Under the pieces are notes generated by a model that had not been told where the DNA came from, did no database searches, and worked only from the letters and a program-made list of their open reading frames with translations. Positions 24,746-40,437 of a stretch of DNA of 64,000 nt are shown here, in pieces (the first letter of the stretch is position 1; each line of letters starts with the position of its first letter). This DNA comes from Dictyostelium discoideum (lineage: Eukaryota), in contig CM000150.2 in assembly GCA_000004695.1 (NCBI GenBank), positions 3,904,001 through 3,968,000 on the forward strand. Reading direction: 5' to 3'. The position numbers and the translations under genes were made by a program.

Positions 24746-25455
24746 ATAGGCTGGAATGTTATAGGTGGATTTACAAATTTTTATGTTTTTAGTTATCCAA
24801 TTCAAAAAAAATAAAATTTTTATGGTGGTTTCTTCTCTTTCATTGTAAATTTGACACACAAGTTGTTCTAATGTATATCCAAAACTCCATAGTTGATCCA
24901 TATTCAATCATTACCAAGCTTTTTTACATTGTATTCATTAAAACACACAACTATAAAATTAAAAAACCGTGAATATGGCTACTATTTATATTTATTTATT
25001 TATCTTCAACTGTTTTCAATATATTCTTGATAGCTTTGTGTTGGTATAATTTCTTTGGATAGTTCATCTGAACATTGCATCATATAGCCAGAAACCGATC
25101 GGTTCCAATCTTGCTGGCCTTTAGAATATAACTGATTTTTTGATACAACCCCCAACATACCAACTCTATATTACCTTTGATATAACCCTTTTGATTGCTA
25201 AGTCTATTCAAAGACATTTGGAAAACACGTTCATCAATATCAATTTTACGGGCGTACAACATTATAATCCCACCAAGTTTCCATTTACCTCTTTGTTTCA
25301 CATACAAATCTACTAAATCTTCTATAGTAATATCATGATCATATTTTTCTATTTTACCATTAATTACCTTTTTTTTATTTTTTCTAGTTAGAAACTATGG
25401 TGGGAATTAAGTAGAAGTTAATTCAATGAAGATAAAGTATTTTCAAAAAAAAATT

Positions 25456-25821
25456 TCAGAATAAATGACATTGTAACAACTGGTGGTCGGTGTCATCAGT
25501 GTTAGTTTTTCCTAATGATTTCTTTATTGTGTTGGTTATTGCTGCTGAAGTTATTGGTGTTGTAATGTTGGGTGATGATGGTGGTGTCGAATGGTTATTT
25601 AATTGTTGTTGAGATTGTTGATTTATTAATTGAATGTGTTGTTGAAGAAGTTGATTTTGTTTATCTATTACCTGTTGCTGTTCCCTTATTTGACGTAGCT
25701 GTTCATTGAAAGTTGATACCTGTGGTTGTTGTTGATGTTCCTCATTATCCTGTTGTTGCAATTCGTCATTATCAATATCTCCATTATTATTGTTGTTGTT
25801 ATTATTATTATTAGTTGACAT
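25456..25821 (-). CDS. hypothetical N/Q-rich small ORF (121 aa) inside the repeat island
   Basis: ORF only, low complexity. A second in-frame ORF (25080..25400, ...NQKGYIKGNIELVCWG...) lies just downstream on the same strand. No confident homology. Confidence 0.25.
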   Translation of the reverse strand: MSTNNNNNNNNNNGDIDNDELQQQDNEEHQQQPQVSTFNEQLRQIREQQQVIDKQNQLLQQHIQLINQQSQQQLNNHSTPPSSPNITTPITSAAITNTIKKSLGKTNTDDTDHQLLQCHLF

Positions 25822-25976
25822 TCTTTTTTTTTAATTATTTAATAAAATTTGATTATTTATTATTATTAATTTTATTTATTGTTTTATTATTATTGAATTT
25901 ATTTATTTTATTATTAAAATAAGTGATTAATTATTTAAGAAATAAATGTACACATGTATTTAATTGATGACCGTAG

Positions 25977-26108
25977 CCCTATCGCGTTTTTATTATTTTA
26001 TATTTTTTTTTATTACTGAGGTTGAATTAGAAACCTGGTTTTCTTTTTATAGTCCTCAGATTTGAGCGAACTCAAATCTGTTAACTACTCCAACCTCAGT
26101 CGATAGGG
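25977..26108. repeat. about 130-bp element with three nested perfect stems (8, 10 and 10 bp); MITE-like or structured-RNA candidate
   Basis: ccctatcg(25977-84)/cgataggg(26101-08). actgaggttg(26015-24)/caacctcagt(26091-100). Hairpin cagatttgag-cgaa-ctcaaatctg at 26057-26080. Confidence 0.5.
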
Positions 26109-26626
26109 TTAGATCCAATTTAAACTACAATATTATATTATTTTAATTTTATTCTAATTTATTATTATTTTCTTTTTAATTAAATTATTTTTAAATTTAT
26201 ATTATTTCGTATGGTGATTTTGTGTGTGACATTTTTAATATCTGGTATCTAATATCTATTATGAAAACTTTTGTGAAATTCAAATTAAATTTTTTTTTTT
26301 TTATTTTTTTTTTTGAGTTTATTATATAAAATGAAACAATTTATTAAAATAAATTGTTAGTAATAATTAATATTGAATTATTAATTCAATATTAATAGTT
26401 ATTTTTAAATGTTCTGTTTAGAACATTTCATAAAATTAAATATATATTAGTATTAACAAGATATTTTTGAGATCTTGTTACAGACATTCCTTGTAGAATC
26501 TTGTTCCCTTCTTGTTTTCACTGAGAGCCATTTTTATCTGTTCCAATTTGCAGAACTTTGCATTATACTTATAATTGGTTCAACATTACAAAACTCTTTT
26601 CCATTTTCATCGCGATACTTGATATC

Positions 26627-27600
26627 TTAGGTGATACTATTATCTATTCTATTTTCGGAGAGTGAGTTTAGCTTATCAGATCTTTTAACGAATTCGACCA
26701 TGGTAAAGGCACATCTATTTTGAAAATCATCACAGATCTTTTCTAAAGCTTTTTTAGTTAAACTATAAGTTCCTCTTCTACCTTGTTTTAAATGTTTTTT
26801 TGATTTTGTAAGTGCTCTTGCAGCAACTGTCTCAGTATAAAGTGTACCTTTTTTAAATCTGTGTGTGTAATTATTATGAAAAAAAAAATTAATATTATTA
26901 TAACTATTAAATAATTATAACTATAATAATAAATATAATAATAAAAAATAAAATATTGAAAGAAAATAATGACTACTTACAAACACATTATACACATTTT
27001 ATATGTATTTTTTTTATAATTTGATAATGGTTGAAATTGTAAACATTCATAACATTGTAAAAAAGTTTTTTCATCAGAATCAATAAAAATATCATTTTTG
27101 TCAAACTATTGTGAAAATGGAACAATTAAATAGTATTCATTTTCAATATTTTCCTTTACAAAGTATGATGATCTTGGATATTTTAAATAATGATCCATAA
27201 TTACTTTATTAATATCAACCCCATAATGTTTACTAGCAATATGTGAAAAATATTGAGTTCGTAAACGACAGCAAACCATACAATAACTATTTGGATCATG
27301 ATTATTAGTTTTTCTTTTTTTACCTATTCTAATTGATTCTTGATCTTTTTCAACTGATACTTTATATGGTGATGGTGAAGAAGATGATGGTGATGGTGAT
27401 AGTGATGGTGATGGTGATGGTGATGGTGATAGTGATGGTGATGGTGATGGTGATGGTGATGGTGATGGTGAGGATGTAATTGTTTTATTACTATTATCAA
27501 TTGCTTCATTATTAATTTTATTATAATTTATACTACAACTATTATAAATATCTTGTTGTGATTTTTTATTAAAATAAAAAGAAGTACCAAACTCTTCCAT
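26627..27600 (-). CDS. zinc-finger protein with (SP)n tract: BED-like C-x2-C...H-x4-H finger plus a second C4 finger; join(27205..27600,26981..27105,26627..26858), 5' end uncertain
   Basis: Exon 1 ...SPSPSPSP..., YCMVCCRLRTQYFSHIASKHYGVDINK. Donor AAA|GTAATT at 27204, acceptor CACAATAG at 27106. Exon 2 FDKNDIFIDSDEKTFLQCYECLQFQPLSNYKKNTYKMCIMC. Donor TT|GTAAGT, acceptor CACAG. Exon 3 FKKGTLYTETVAARALTKSKKHLKQGRRGTYSLTKKALEKICDDFQNRCAFTMVEFVKRSDKLNSLSENRIDNSIT*. Phases are consistent (0, then 2). Confidence 0.45.
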
Positions 27601-27790
27601 ACTATTCTCTCTAATCTCTTGGTTTTCTTTTTCTATTTTTTCATTATATTCATCTTTTGAAAAAGATGTTTCTGGTCCTGAAGGATAAACAAATTTTGGT
27701 GAAGAATTTTTATTTATTTTTGAATTATTTTTATTTTTTTAAAAAGAGGCATTATATAAAATTTCTTTTAAAAGAATAAATAATTAAAAC

Positions 27791-27968
<178 letters not shown>

Positions 27969-28611
27969 TGAATAATGGTTTTAATAATAATAATAATTTT
28001 AATAATAATAAAAATAATATTATTAATCTATTTCCCCAATTTCTTTGAATTACGATCTCGGGTTTAATTTTTAAAAAAAAAAAAATAAGAAAAATGGTGG
28101 TAATTGTTTTTATTGTTTATTTTTTTATTTAAATAATGAAAAAATATATTACGTTATTTTTAAAGAATTAATTTCATTTAAATTTTAATAAAAAATCCTA
28201 TATCTTATATTTACAATATTGTATAGAAAACTGAATTTTATCTAAAATTATTTAGGGAAGTTTAATAGATAATAAAAAAAAGAGGCCAAATTACCCATAG
28301 ACCTATAAAATTACTATTCAAACCTAAATACTGAAATTTTTTAATCAGGCCAAACTTTTGGAGAGTTGACTTTTTTTTTTTCTTTTTTTTTTTTTAAATA
28401 AAATAAATATAATTTATATAGCACAATGAAGGAATATTAAAACGAATAATTTAAAAATTAAATAGAAATTTTATATTAAAAATATTTTATAAAAAAAAAA
28501 AAGTAAAAATAAATAAAAAAAATTAAAAAAAAAAAAAAAAAAAAAACTATTATAAAGATTTTAATTGTCTTTTTCATATATATATATATTAATTAAATGG
28601 AAATTTTAAAT

Positions 28612-29662
28612 GAAAAAACTCCTTTTTAACTTTCAAATGATTGGATTTTTGATAAAGAAATTAAAAAAATTTGAAAAATCAATAAATAACTCCAATAATA
28701 TTATTGATCAAGATTTATTTAATTTAATAAAAATGTTTTTCATTTGGAATTTTACAAGATGATGAAAAAAGTAGAATTGTAGTAGAGGATTTATTTAAAA
28801 TGGCAATTTATTGTTTTCCATTATTAGTTGATCAAGAACAATTAAATTTAATTGGTGAAATTATTATGGGGTTTTCTATTAGATGATATTTTTGAAGAGG
28901 TTCCAATCATTAGAAAACAATATGAAATTCAACAATTAATTTGGTTATTTGGTCAATCCAATGAAATTTGCTCACAATTTGATAAATGGGCAATTGAATT
29001 AAGGAATACAATTCAAAACTATTGTGGTGATAATAAAATCCTTTTCAATAGATTCATAAATTCTGGTATTACAACCATTGAAGGTACTCTTTCATTTCAT
29101 AATATTAATTATTCATCAATTTATCAATTGGATAATTATATAAATATTCGTATTCAAAATAGTTCAGTTGGATTTTTAAATAATTTTAATCATCTTTTTA
29201 TTTTAAAATCACTTCCTACAAGTATGATCCTATTTTAGAGAAAATGGAAAAAATTCAATCTTTATTACTTGGTTTAATAAATGATCTCTATAGTTTTAAA
29301 AAAGAAGTTTTATTAAATGAAGAAAAGAAAAATATAATTTATTTATTTTCAAATGAAAAACCAAAACACCAACAACAAAAACCACAACCACAACAAAAAG
29401 AAAAAGAAAATAATCAAGATGACCAAAAAATTAAAAAGTTTATGATTTAATAAATGATTACATTTCAACTTATAAATTTTTAGAAATAAAAGTTAAAGAA
29501 AAATATATTCATACTTTTAAATTAAAATCTCAAGAAATTGAATTTATTAAAGTTATAAATTCTCAAAAATATTTAATTTATGGTTCCATAAAGTATTCAA
29601 TAGAAAGTAGAAGATATAATTGTAAAGAATTAAATCAATTATTATATAAATTTAAAAACTAA
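28612..29662 (+). pseudogene. frameshifted ORF array, probable pseudogene of an unknown protein
   Basis: Three successive frames carry continuous-looking protein (...EVPIIRKQYEIQQLIWLFGQSNEICSQFDKWAIELRNTIQNYCGDNKILF..., MEKIQSLLLGLINDLYSFKKEVLLNEEKKNIIYLF..., VYDLINDYISTYKFLEIKVKEKYIHTFKLKSQEIEFIKVINSQKYLIYGSIKYSIESRRYNCKELNQLLYKFKN*). They are separated by stops and +/-1 shifts with no intron signals in between. Confidence 0.4.
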
Positions 29663-29754
29663 ATTAAATTAAAATAAAAAATTATAATAATTATAATAAT
29701 AATAATATTGTTTAAATAAATTATTTTTTTATTTTTATTGATTATTTATTTTGT

Positions 29755-29785
<31 letters not shown>

Positions 29786-29817
29786 CCAATACTATCACTC
29801 TATTACTATTATTAATT

Positions 29818-29870
<53 letters not shown>

Positions 29871-29878
29871 TTATTGTC

Positions 29879-32251
<2,373 letters not shown>

Positions 32252-32467
32252 ATATTATTGAATAATAAAACATATATAGGTGTATATATGTATATATATT
32301 TATATTTATATATATAAATATATGTATATAAATTATATATATATTATATTTGAAAATTAAAATTATTTTTTTTTTTTTTTTTTTTTTGTTAAACTTTGCA
32401 CCTCTTTTGTGTAGAGGTTTTTTTTTTTTTTAATAAAAAATTTTTTTTGAAAATTTTATTAAAACTC

Positions 32468-32526
<59 letters not shown>

Positions 32527-33031
32527 TTTTTTTATTTTTGTTATTTTGATTGTTAATAGTTGTATTGTTTTTTGTTTTTTTTTCTTTTATTTTTGTTATT
32601 TTCCTCAAATTTAAAAAAGAAAGAAAAAATAAAATCAAAGATCATTTAAATTTTACAATTGTGGATAACTTCAAAAAAAAAAAAAAAATAAAAAATAAAA
32701 AAAAAAAAAAAAAGAAAAATAAATGGTTAAATAAATCCAAATTAGGTTTTGTTCAAAAAAATCCCTATCGTATTTTCACTATTATTTACAATATGGATAT
32801 TTATTGTAGTTTTTTTTTTATATTTTTTTTTTTTTTTTTTTTTTAATTTATAATTTTTATTTATTTTTTTTTTGTTTTTTTATTTTTTTTTTTTATTATT
32901 TTTGTTTTTTTTTTTTTAATTGGTGTTTAAGGAATTTCATTGATTTTCATACCATAGTAAATTTTTTTTTTTTTTTTTAATATTTTTTTATTTTTTTTTT
33001 TATTTTTTTTTTTTTTTCGAAATTTTTTTTT

Positions 33032-33063
<32 letters not shown>

Positions 33064-33102
33064 GATTTTCATATTCCAACACAACCTATACTTCATCACA
33101 TA

Positions 33103-33960
<858 letters not shown>

Positions 33961-34800
33961 ACTTAATCACATAATAATAATAATAATAACTAAAAAATAC
34001 TATATAAAAAAAAAAAAAAAAAAAATAAACAATTAAAAAAAAAAAAAAAAAAACTTTAATTTATCTCTTTTGGATATGAAAAAAAAAAAAAAAAAAAAAT
34101 AGATTTTTTAAATGTTTTATCGGTTATAAACAAATTAAATTTTCAATTTTTTTATTTTCTAAACAAAAATTATAAAAATATAATATCTATATTAAAATTA
34201 AAATCACCCCTTTTCCAAAATAAAAAAAAATAAAAAAAATTAAATAAAGTCTGAATTTAATTTAATTTAGAGATTTAAAACCATTCCATTTAAAATCTTT
34301 CATTTTTAAAAGGGTTTAGTTTGTTTTGTTTTTTTTTTTTTTTTTGTTGTTTTTTTTATTTCTTTATTTTATAATAAATAAATAATAATAATAATACCAA
34401 CCAATTAAAGTAATAAATAAAAAAAAAAAAAAAAAAAATTAAAATAGGTTGTTGTTTTTTTTTGTAAAAGAAAAAGTGGATTCGAAACGAAAAGAAACTT
34501 CTTTTTAAGCCTGGTGAGTTTTAATTTTTATTTTTCTTATTTTTTTTTATTTTTTTTATTTTTTTTTTCACTTTTTTTCACACAACACTCGCACTACTAC
34601 GGTATTAAAAATTTGATCACTGATTTTTTTTACTTTCACAATTTTTATTTTAATATTTATTTTTTTTTACCATATTTTGTGAAATTACTAAGAAAAAAAA
34701 AAAAAAGATTGGCATTTAAAATTTTAATAATACTATAATTATTATAGTTATTATTATAATTTATTTTATTTTTATTTTTAATTTAATTTAATTTATTTTA

Positions 34801-34863
<63 letters not shown>

Positions 34864-34865
<2 letters not shown>

Positions 34866-36930
34866 GGAATCAAATGAAATATCAAAAAATCATGTAACAC
34901 CAATGCCATGGAAAAAATTAATTGGTGCATATGTTTTATTATTATGTGAAGCCATTTCAACATCATCATTTTTTACATATATATCACCATTTATAATTTT
35001 CCTGGGAGTTACAGATAAAGCAGAATTGGTGGGATATTATGCAGGATTTATAGCAAGTAGTTTTTCAGCAGCCCAATTTTTATCATCATTTTTTTGGGGT
35101 AAAATGGCAGATAGACTTGGACGTAAACCAATTTTAATATTTGGTAGTGTTGGATCTGTAATATCATTACTTTGTATTGGTACTAGTAAATCATTGGTAA
35201 TGTTAATTTTATCACGTTCAATCAATGGTTTATTAAATGGAAATATTGGTGTAGTAAAAACTTACATTGGTGAGTGCACAGATAAAACCAATCAAGTTGA
35301 AGCATTTGGTTGGGTTGGTTTAACATGGGGTTTAGGTTCAATTTTAGGTCCATCAATTGGTGGTTTATTAGCTGATCCTGTGAAAAATATGTCTTCAATT
35401 TTCAAAGGTTCAAAATTATTTGAATTATTTCCATTCTTTTTACCAAATTTAGTTATTGCATTTTTGACTATCATTGGTTGTGTTTTCACTCAACTTTACA
35501 TGAAAGAAACTTTAGGTATGAAAAAATCAAAAACTATGATTGGATTAACAAGTTTGAAAACTTCACCATCAATGGTTAAATTCTCTGATAAAATTGAAAC
35601 TATTGAACCAATTAATCTTTCAACTGGTGGATTTGAAGAAGATGATGATTATAATAATGATGAAAATCATAATATTAAATCAATTTTAAGAAATGGTTCA
35701 AGTGAAATTAATATTTCAAATTCATCTGAATACTCAATTGAAAATATTGATACAGGTTCAATATTAACAGTTGGTACAGTTGTATTAGATGAGGATGAAA
35801 CTGAACAAATGAAAAAAAATATATTAAATTCAATTCAAAAACAAGAACAAATTACAATTGACTCAACAACACCATCAACAACACCATCAACAACACCATC
35901 ATCACCACCGCCATCATCATCATCAAGTCTTAAACCTTCCTTATCAGTTTTTGAAGATATGGCATTAACTGATAATAATACACATTTCTTAAAAAGATCA
36001 TATTCAAAATTAAAATTAAAATTTTTCAAATCAAAAGATTATAAAATGTTGAATACAAAAAGTAATGATAATACAAATTCTCCAATTGAAGAAGGAGGTG
36101 CAAGAGGAGGTGAGGAAGGGTTGGAAGAATCTAAAAATATATTTAAAGATAAATCAATCATGAAAACTGTATTAATTTATGCGACAGTTGGATTTATTTA
36201 CACAATGCTTGATGAAGTATTTCCATTATGGGCATTCGCACAAGTTTCAAGTGGTGGTTTATCAATGACAAGTGGTACAGTTGGTGTTTGTGGTATTATT
36301 GGTGGTGCAAGTATAATTTTTATTCAATTATTTCTTATAAAACCAGTAACAAGAAAACTTGGTTTAATTCAAACTTTTATTTATGGTTGTTCAATTGCTT
36401 TTTGCTCTTTTCTATCTTATCCACTTTTAAATTTCATACGAGCGCCTCATGAATCAATTTCAAGTGTAACACAAGATATAATATTTTGGGTTTCAGTTAC
36501 AATTGTAATTTCAATTAGAAATATTGGTGCTCAATTAATTTTTACACCAATTATGGCTTTAATTAATAATAGTGCTAAAATTGCTGTTAGAGGTAGTGCA
36601 AATGGGTAAATATTTTTTTTTTTTAATATATATAAATTAATTTTATATTAATTATTTTATTTTTATTTTTTTAGTTTGGGTCAATCATTGGTTGCAGCCA
36701 CTAGAACAGTTGCACCAACTTTAGGTGGAACTATTTTATCATGGAGTTTAACAAATGGACTTCCATTTCCTTTAAATTTTTTCTTTCCTTTTATTTTAAT
36801 GAGTATTTGCACAATAATTCCAATTATTACTTCAAAGTTCTTTTTCCCACTTTCTTTAAATTCTCCAATTAATGAAGATGATAATAATAATGATGATTTA
36901 GAGGAAAATCAAATACCAACATTCGAATAA
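34864..36930 (+). CDS. major facilitator superfamily transporter; join(34864..36605,36675..36930)
   Basis: 12-TM-type hydropathy. MFS signature region GKMADRLGRKPILIFGSVGSVISLL. Central Ser/Thr/Pro-rich loop. Donor GG|GTAAAT, acceptor TTTTTTAG, phase 2. Product is 665 aa. Confidence 0.8.
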
Positions 36931-36973
36931 TTAATAATAATAATAAAAAAAAAAAAAAAAAAAAAAAAAAAAG

Positions 36974-37012
<39 letters not shown>

Positions 37013-37487
37013 ATTAATCGCAAATTGATAGTTTTTTAAATATTGGATTTTTTTAATATCTTTAAATAATTAAAGTCAATGAAAATTTCCTTTACCAATA
37101 TTATTAATTTATAAAAATAAAATTAAAATTTTTTTTTTTTTTTTTTTTATTCATAAAAATAAAATAAAAATAAAATAAAATCCTTAAAAAGTTATTGTTT
37201 ATTAATAAGTTGTAATAATAAACAATATTTAATAATCATTTTCAAATTATTTTAAAATAATCCTTAATTGACTACTCATTTTTTAAAAAATATCTTCTTT
37301 TACTATATATATATATATATAAAAATATAAAACAAAAACAAACACAAAAAAAAAAATAATTTAATTAAACAAATTATTTTAATTCTCAAAATATTATCCA
37401 GAATTAAATAATAAAAATTATCTCAAATATTTCAAACATCAGGAATTTGGGAAATTGTTTTGAATTATTTTTTTTTTTTCTTTTTTT

Positions 37488-37532
<45 letters not shown>

Positions 37533-37616
37533 TTTTCACCTTTCTGCTTTTCAAACCAAAAAAAAAAAAAAAAAAAAACAATCATTTTTATAGAAACCTA
37601 ATATATCTAAAATACA

Positions 37617-40019
37617 ATGGTTTGGATCAATATAAATAATATATACATATGTTTATTCATTATTAATTAGTTTTTTTTTATTTTTATTTTTTATTTTTTA
37701 TTTTTTATTTTTTTTTATTTTTAGTCAGCATTTGAAGATTTAGGTGTTTTACCAGAAATAATTAAAGCAATTGAAGAATTAGATTGGTTATTACCAACAC
37801 CAATTCAAACAGAAGCAATACCATTAATTTTAGGTGGTGGTGATGTATTAGCAGCAGCAGAGACAGGATCAGGTAAAACTGGTGCATTTGCATTACCAAT
37901 TTTACAAATTACATATGAAACTTTAAATAAAAAAGCAGAGATTCCAATAATTGCACCAACCAATACATCAGGAGAAGATGGCACTAGTGGTGGTGGTGGT
38001 GGTGGTGGTGGTGGAGATACAATTGAATTGGATCAAATTGATAGAGATAAGAATATGGCAGTTGACGGATTAATTTGTCAATCTCGTTCATCGGATTGGT
38101 GTGGTATTAAAGCAACTAAAGGTATAAGCAGTGGTAAATTTTATTATGAATCCATTGTTAGAGATGAAGGATTATGTAGAATTGGATTCGCTTTAAAAAA
38201 ATCATCAAGAAATATTGGTACTGATAAATTCAGTTGGGGATATGGTGGTACTGGTAAGAAATCACATGAATCTAAATTTATAGATTATGGTAAACCTTTT
38301 GGAAATAATGATGTAATCGGTTGTTATATTAATTTTGATGAAGAAATAATTGGTTTCACAAAGAATGGTCAAGATTTTGGTGAAGCTTTCACTTTCAACT
38401 CTAAAGCTGGTATATTCTATCCTGCTTTAGTTTTAAAAAATGCTGAAATGGAATTTAATTTTGGTTCAAAACCAATGAAACATGATTTAAAAGGTTATAA
38501 ACCAATTAATCAAGCTGAATTATTAATTGATCAACAGACTAGTACTCAAATAGATAATTCAAAGAATAATAATAATAATAATAATAAAAAAGGTAGTGGA
38601 AATAATAAAAAAAATAAAGGAAAAGATGATGATAAAATGAATGATGAAGATAATAATAATAAACAACCACGTAAAACATTATCATTAATTATTGAACCAA
38701 CTAGAGAATTAGCAGATCAAGCTTATAGTGCAATTTTAAATTTTTCAAAATATTTAGATTCACCAAAGATTCAAGTTTCATTATGTATTGGTGGTGAGAA
38801 ATCAAATGGTGGTAGAAATAAGATTGAAGGTGATATTATAATTGGTACACCAGGTAGATTGGAATCATTGGTTAAAGAAGGTTCAATTGATTTATCATCT
38901 ATTAAATTCTTTGTTTTGGATGAAGCCGATCAATTGATTGATGATAATTTAGCAATTGTAAATTTCATTTATAATAAATTACCAATTGGTCAAAATTTAC
39001 AAGTACTCTTTTTTAGTGCAACCTTACATTCAACAAAGGTTATTAAATTTTGTGAACAAATTACAAAGAATCCAACATGGGTAGATTTAAAAGGTAGAGA
39101 TTTCATACCAGATCTTATCACTCATGCCTATGTAAAAGCTGATCCAATCAAATTTGAATCACTTTGGAGAAATAGTGAAAATCCTTTACGTATTCGTACT
39201 GATGGTGTTCATGCTTCAGATGTTCAACAATTTGGAAAGTTAAAAGAACCAGAACAAAAATCAGAGGCTATTAAATTATTAAAAGCTCAATTACTCTTAA
39301 AATGTATTCAATCATTTAAAATGGATCAAGCTATCATTTTTGCACGTACACGTTTAGATTGTGATCATATTCATCAGTTTTTGAAAGACGCTGGCGGTGG
39401 CAATACCTCTGGATTGGAGGGTGAATTCTCTTCGACCGTTTTACATGGTGGTGATAATATTTCACGTGCTAGAAAAGATAATTTAGAGAAATTTAGAAAT
39501 GGTGATGTTCGTTTCTTAATTTGTACAGATGTTGCCGCTAGGGGTATTGATATTAGAGGTTTACCATATATGATCAATTATACATTACCAGAATCATTCG
39601 AAGATTATATTCATAGAGTTGGTCGTGTTGGTAGATCCGATAGAATTGGTTTGGCAATTTCTTTAGTGGCTTATGAACAAGAGAAAGTTTGGTATCATAC
39701 TTGTCGTGATAAGGGTAAAGGTTGTCATAATACAAAATTAACAGAGAATGGTGGTTGTTGTATTTGGTATGATGAACCTCAACTTTTCACTGCTATTCAA
39801 GAAAATATTGGTCCAATTGAATTAGATTCAGATTTTCAATTACCAAAAGATATGAAACAATTAAATTTCGGTGGTTCAACTAAATTAACTGGTGCTTCTG
39901 CTGATTATAAACCTCATACTGAGGAATTACGTTCAAGAGTTTTACAATTATCTCAATTAGAAGAAACTATTCAAATTGATTATTTAACTTTACCAAAAAG
40001 AATAATAAAATTAAAATAA
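37617..40019 (+). CDS. ATP-dependent RNA helicase DDX1 (DEAD-box with inserted SPRY domain); main exon 37725..40019 preceded by a probable ATG-only micro-exon 37617..37619
   Basis: SAFEDLGVLPEIIKAIEELDWLLPTPIQTEAIPLILGGGDVLAAAETGSGKTGAFALPILQI (Q motif and motif I), then SPRY (GKFYYESIVRDEGLCRIGFA...TGKKSHESKF...GCYINFDEEIIGFTKNGQDFGEAF), DEAD, SAT, HRVGRVGR. Colinear with DDX1 to the end. The ATG at 37617 followed by GTTTGG, with acceptor TTTTAG at 37724, restores M-SAFEDLGV like MAAFSEMGV. Confidence 0.85.
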
Positions 40020-40028
40020 AATATATTT

Positions 40029-40077
<49 letters not shown>

Positions 40078-40437
40078 ACAGTACACTATAATTTTTCCAA
40101 AATAGATACAGATAATTGAATTGATCACACTGAAAATAAATAAATCATAAAAAATAATAAAAATAGTGGAAAAAAAAATGTTTTTGAAAATTAAAAAATT
40201 GATTTGATCTAATCAATTCTTTTTTTGGAAATAAATAATTAATTAAATAAATAAAAAAGTGAAAATAAAAAAATAACAAAAAATTAAAAAAAAAAAAAAA
40301 ATGCATTGGGGACAAAGAAAAACAAAAATAAATTTTTTCTTTTTTTTTTTTTTAATTTTTTTTTTTTTTTTTTTTTTTTTTTCAAACCACAACCACACAA
40401 CCACTCACACAAAAAATAAATAAATAAATAATCAAAT

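Noticed and set aside
35037-36452. ORFs 35037(-), 35292(-), 35835(-) and 36228(+) inside the MFS transporter gene
   Set aside because: Antisense or off-frame. The sense frame gives an uninterrupted 12-TM transporter.
39374-39577. Minus ORF 39374-39577 within DDX1
   Set aside because: Antisense to a strongly conserved helicase exon.
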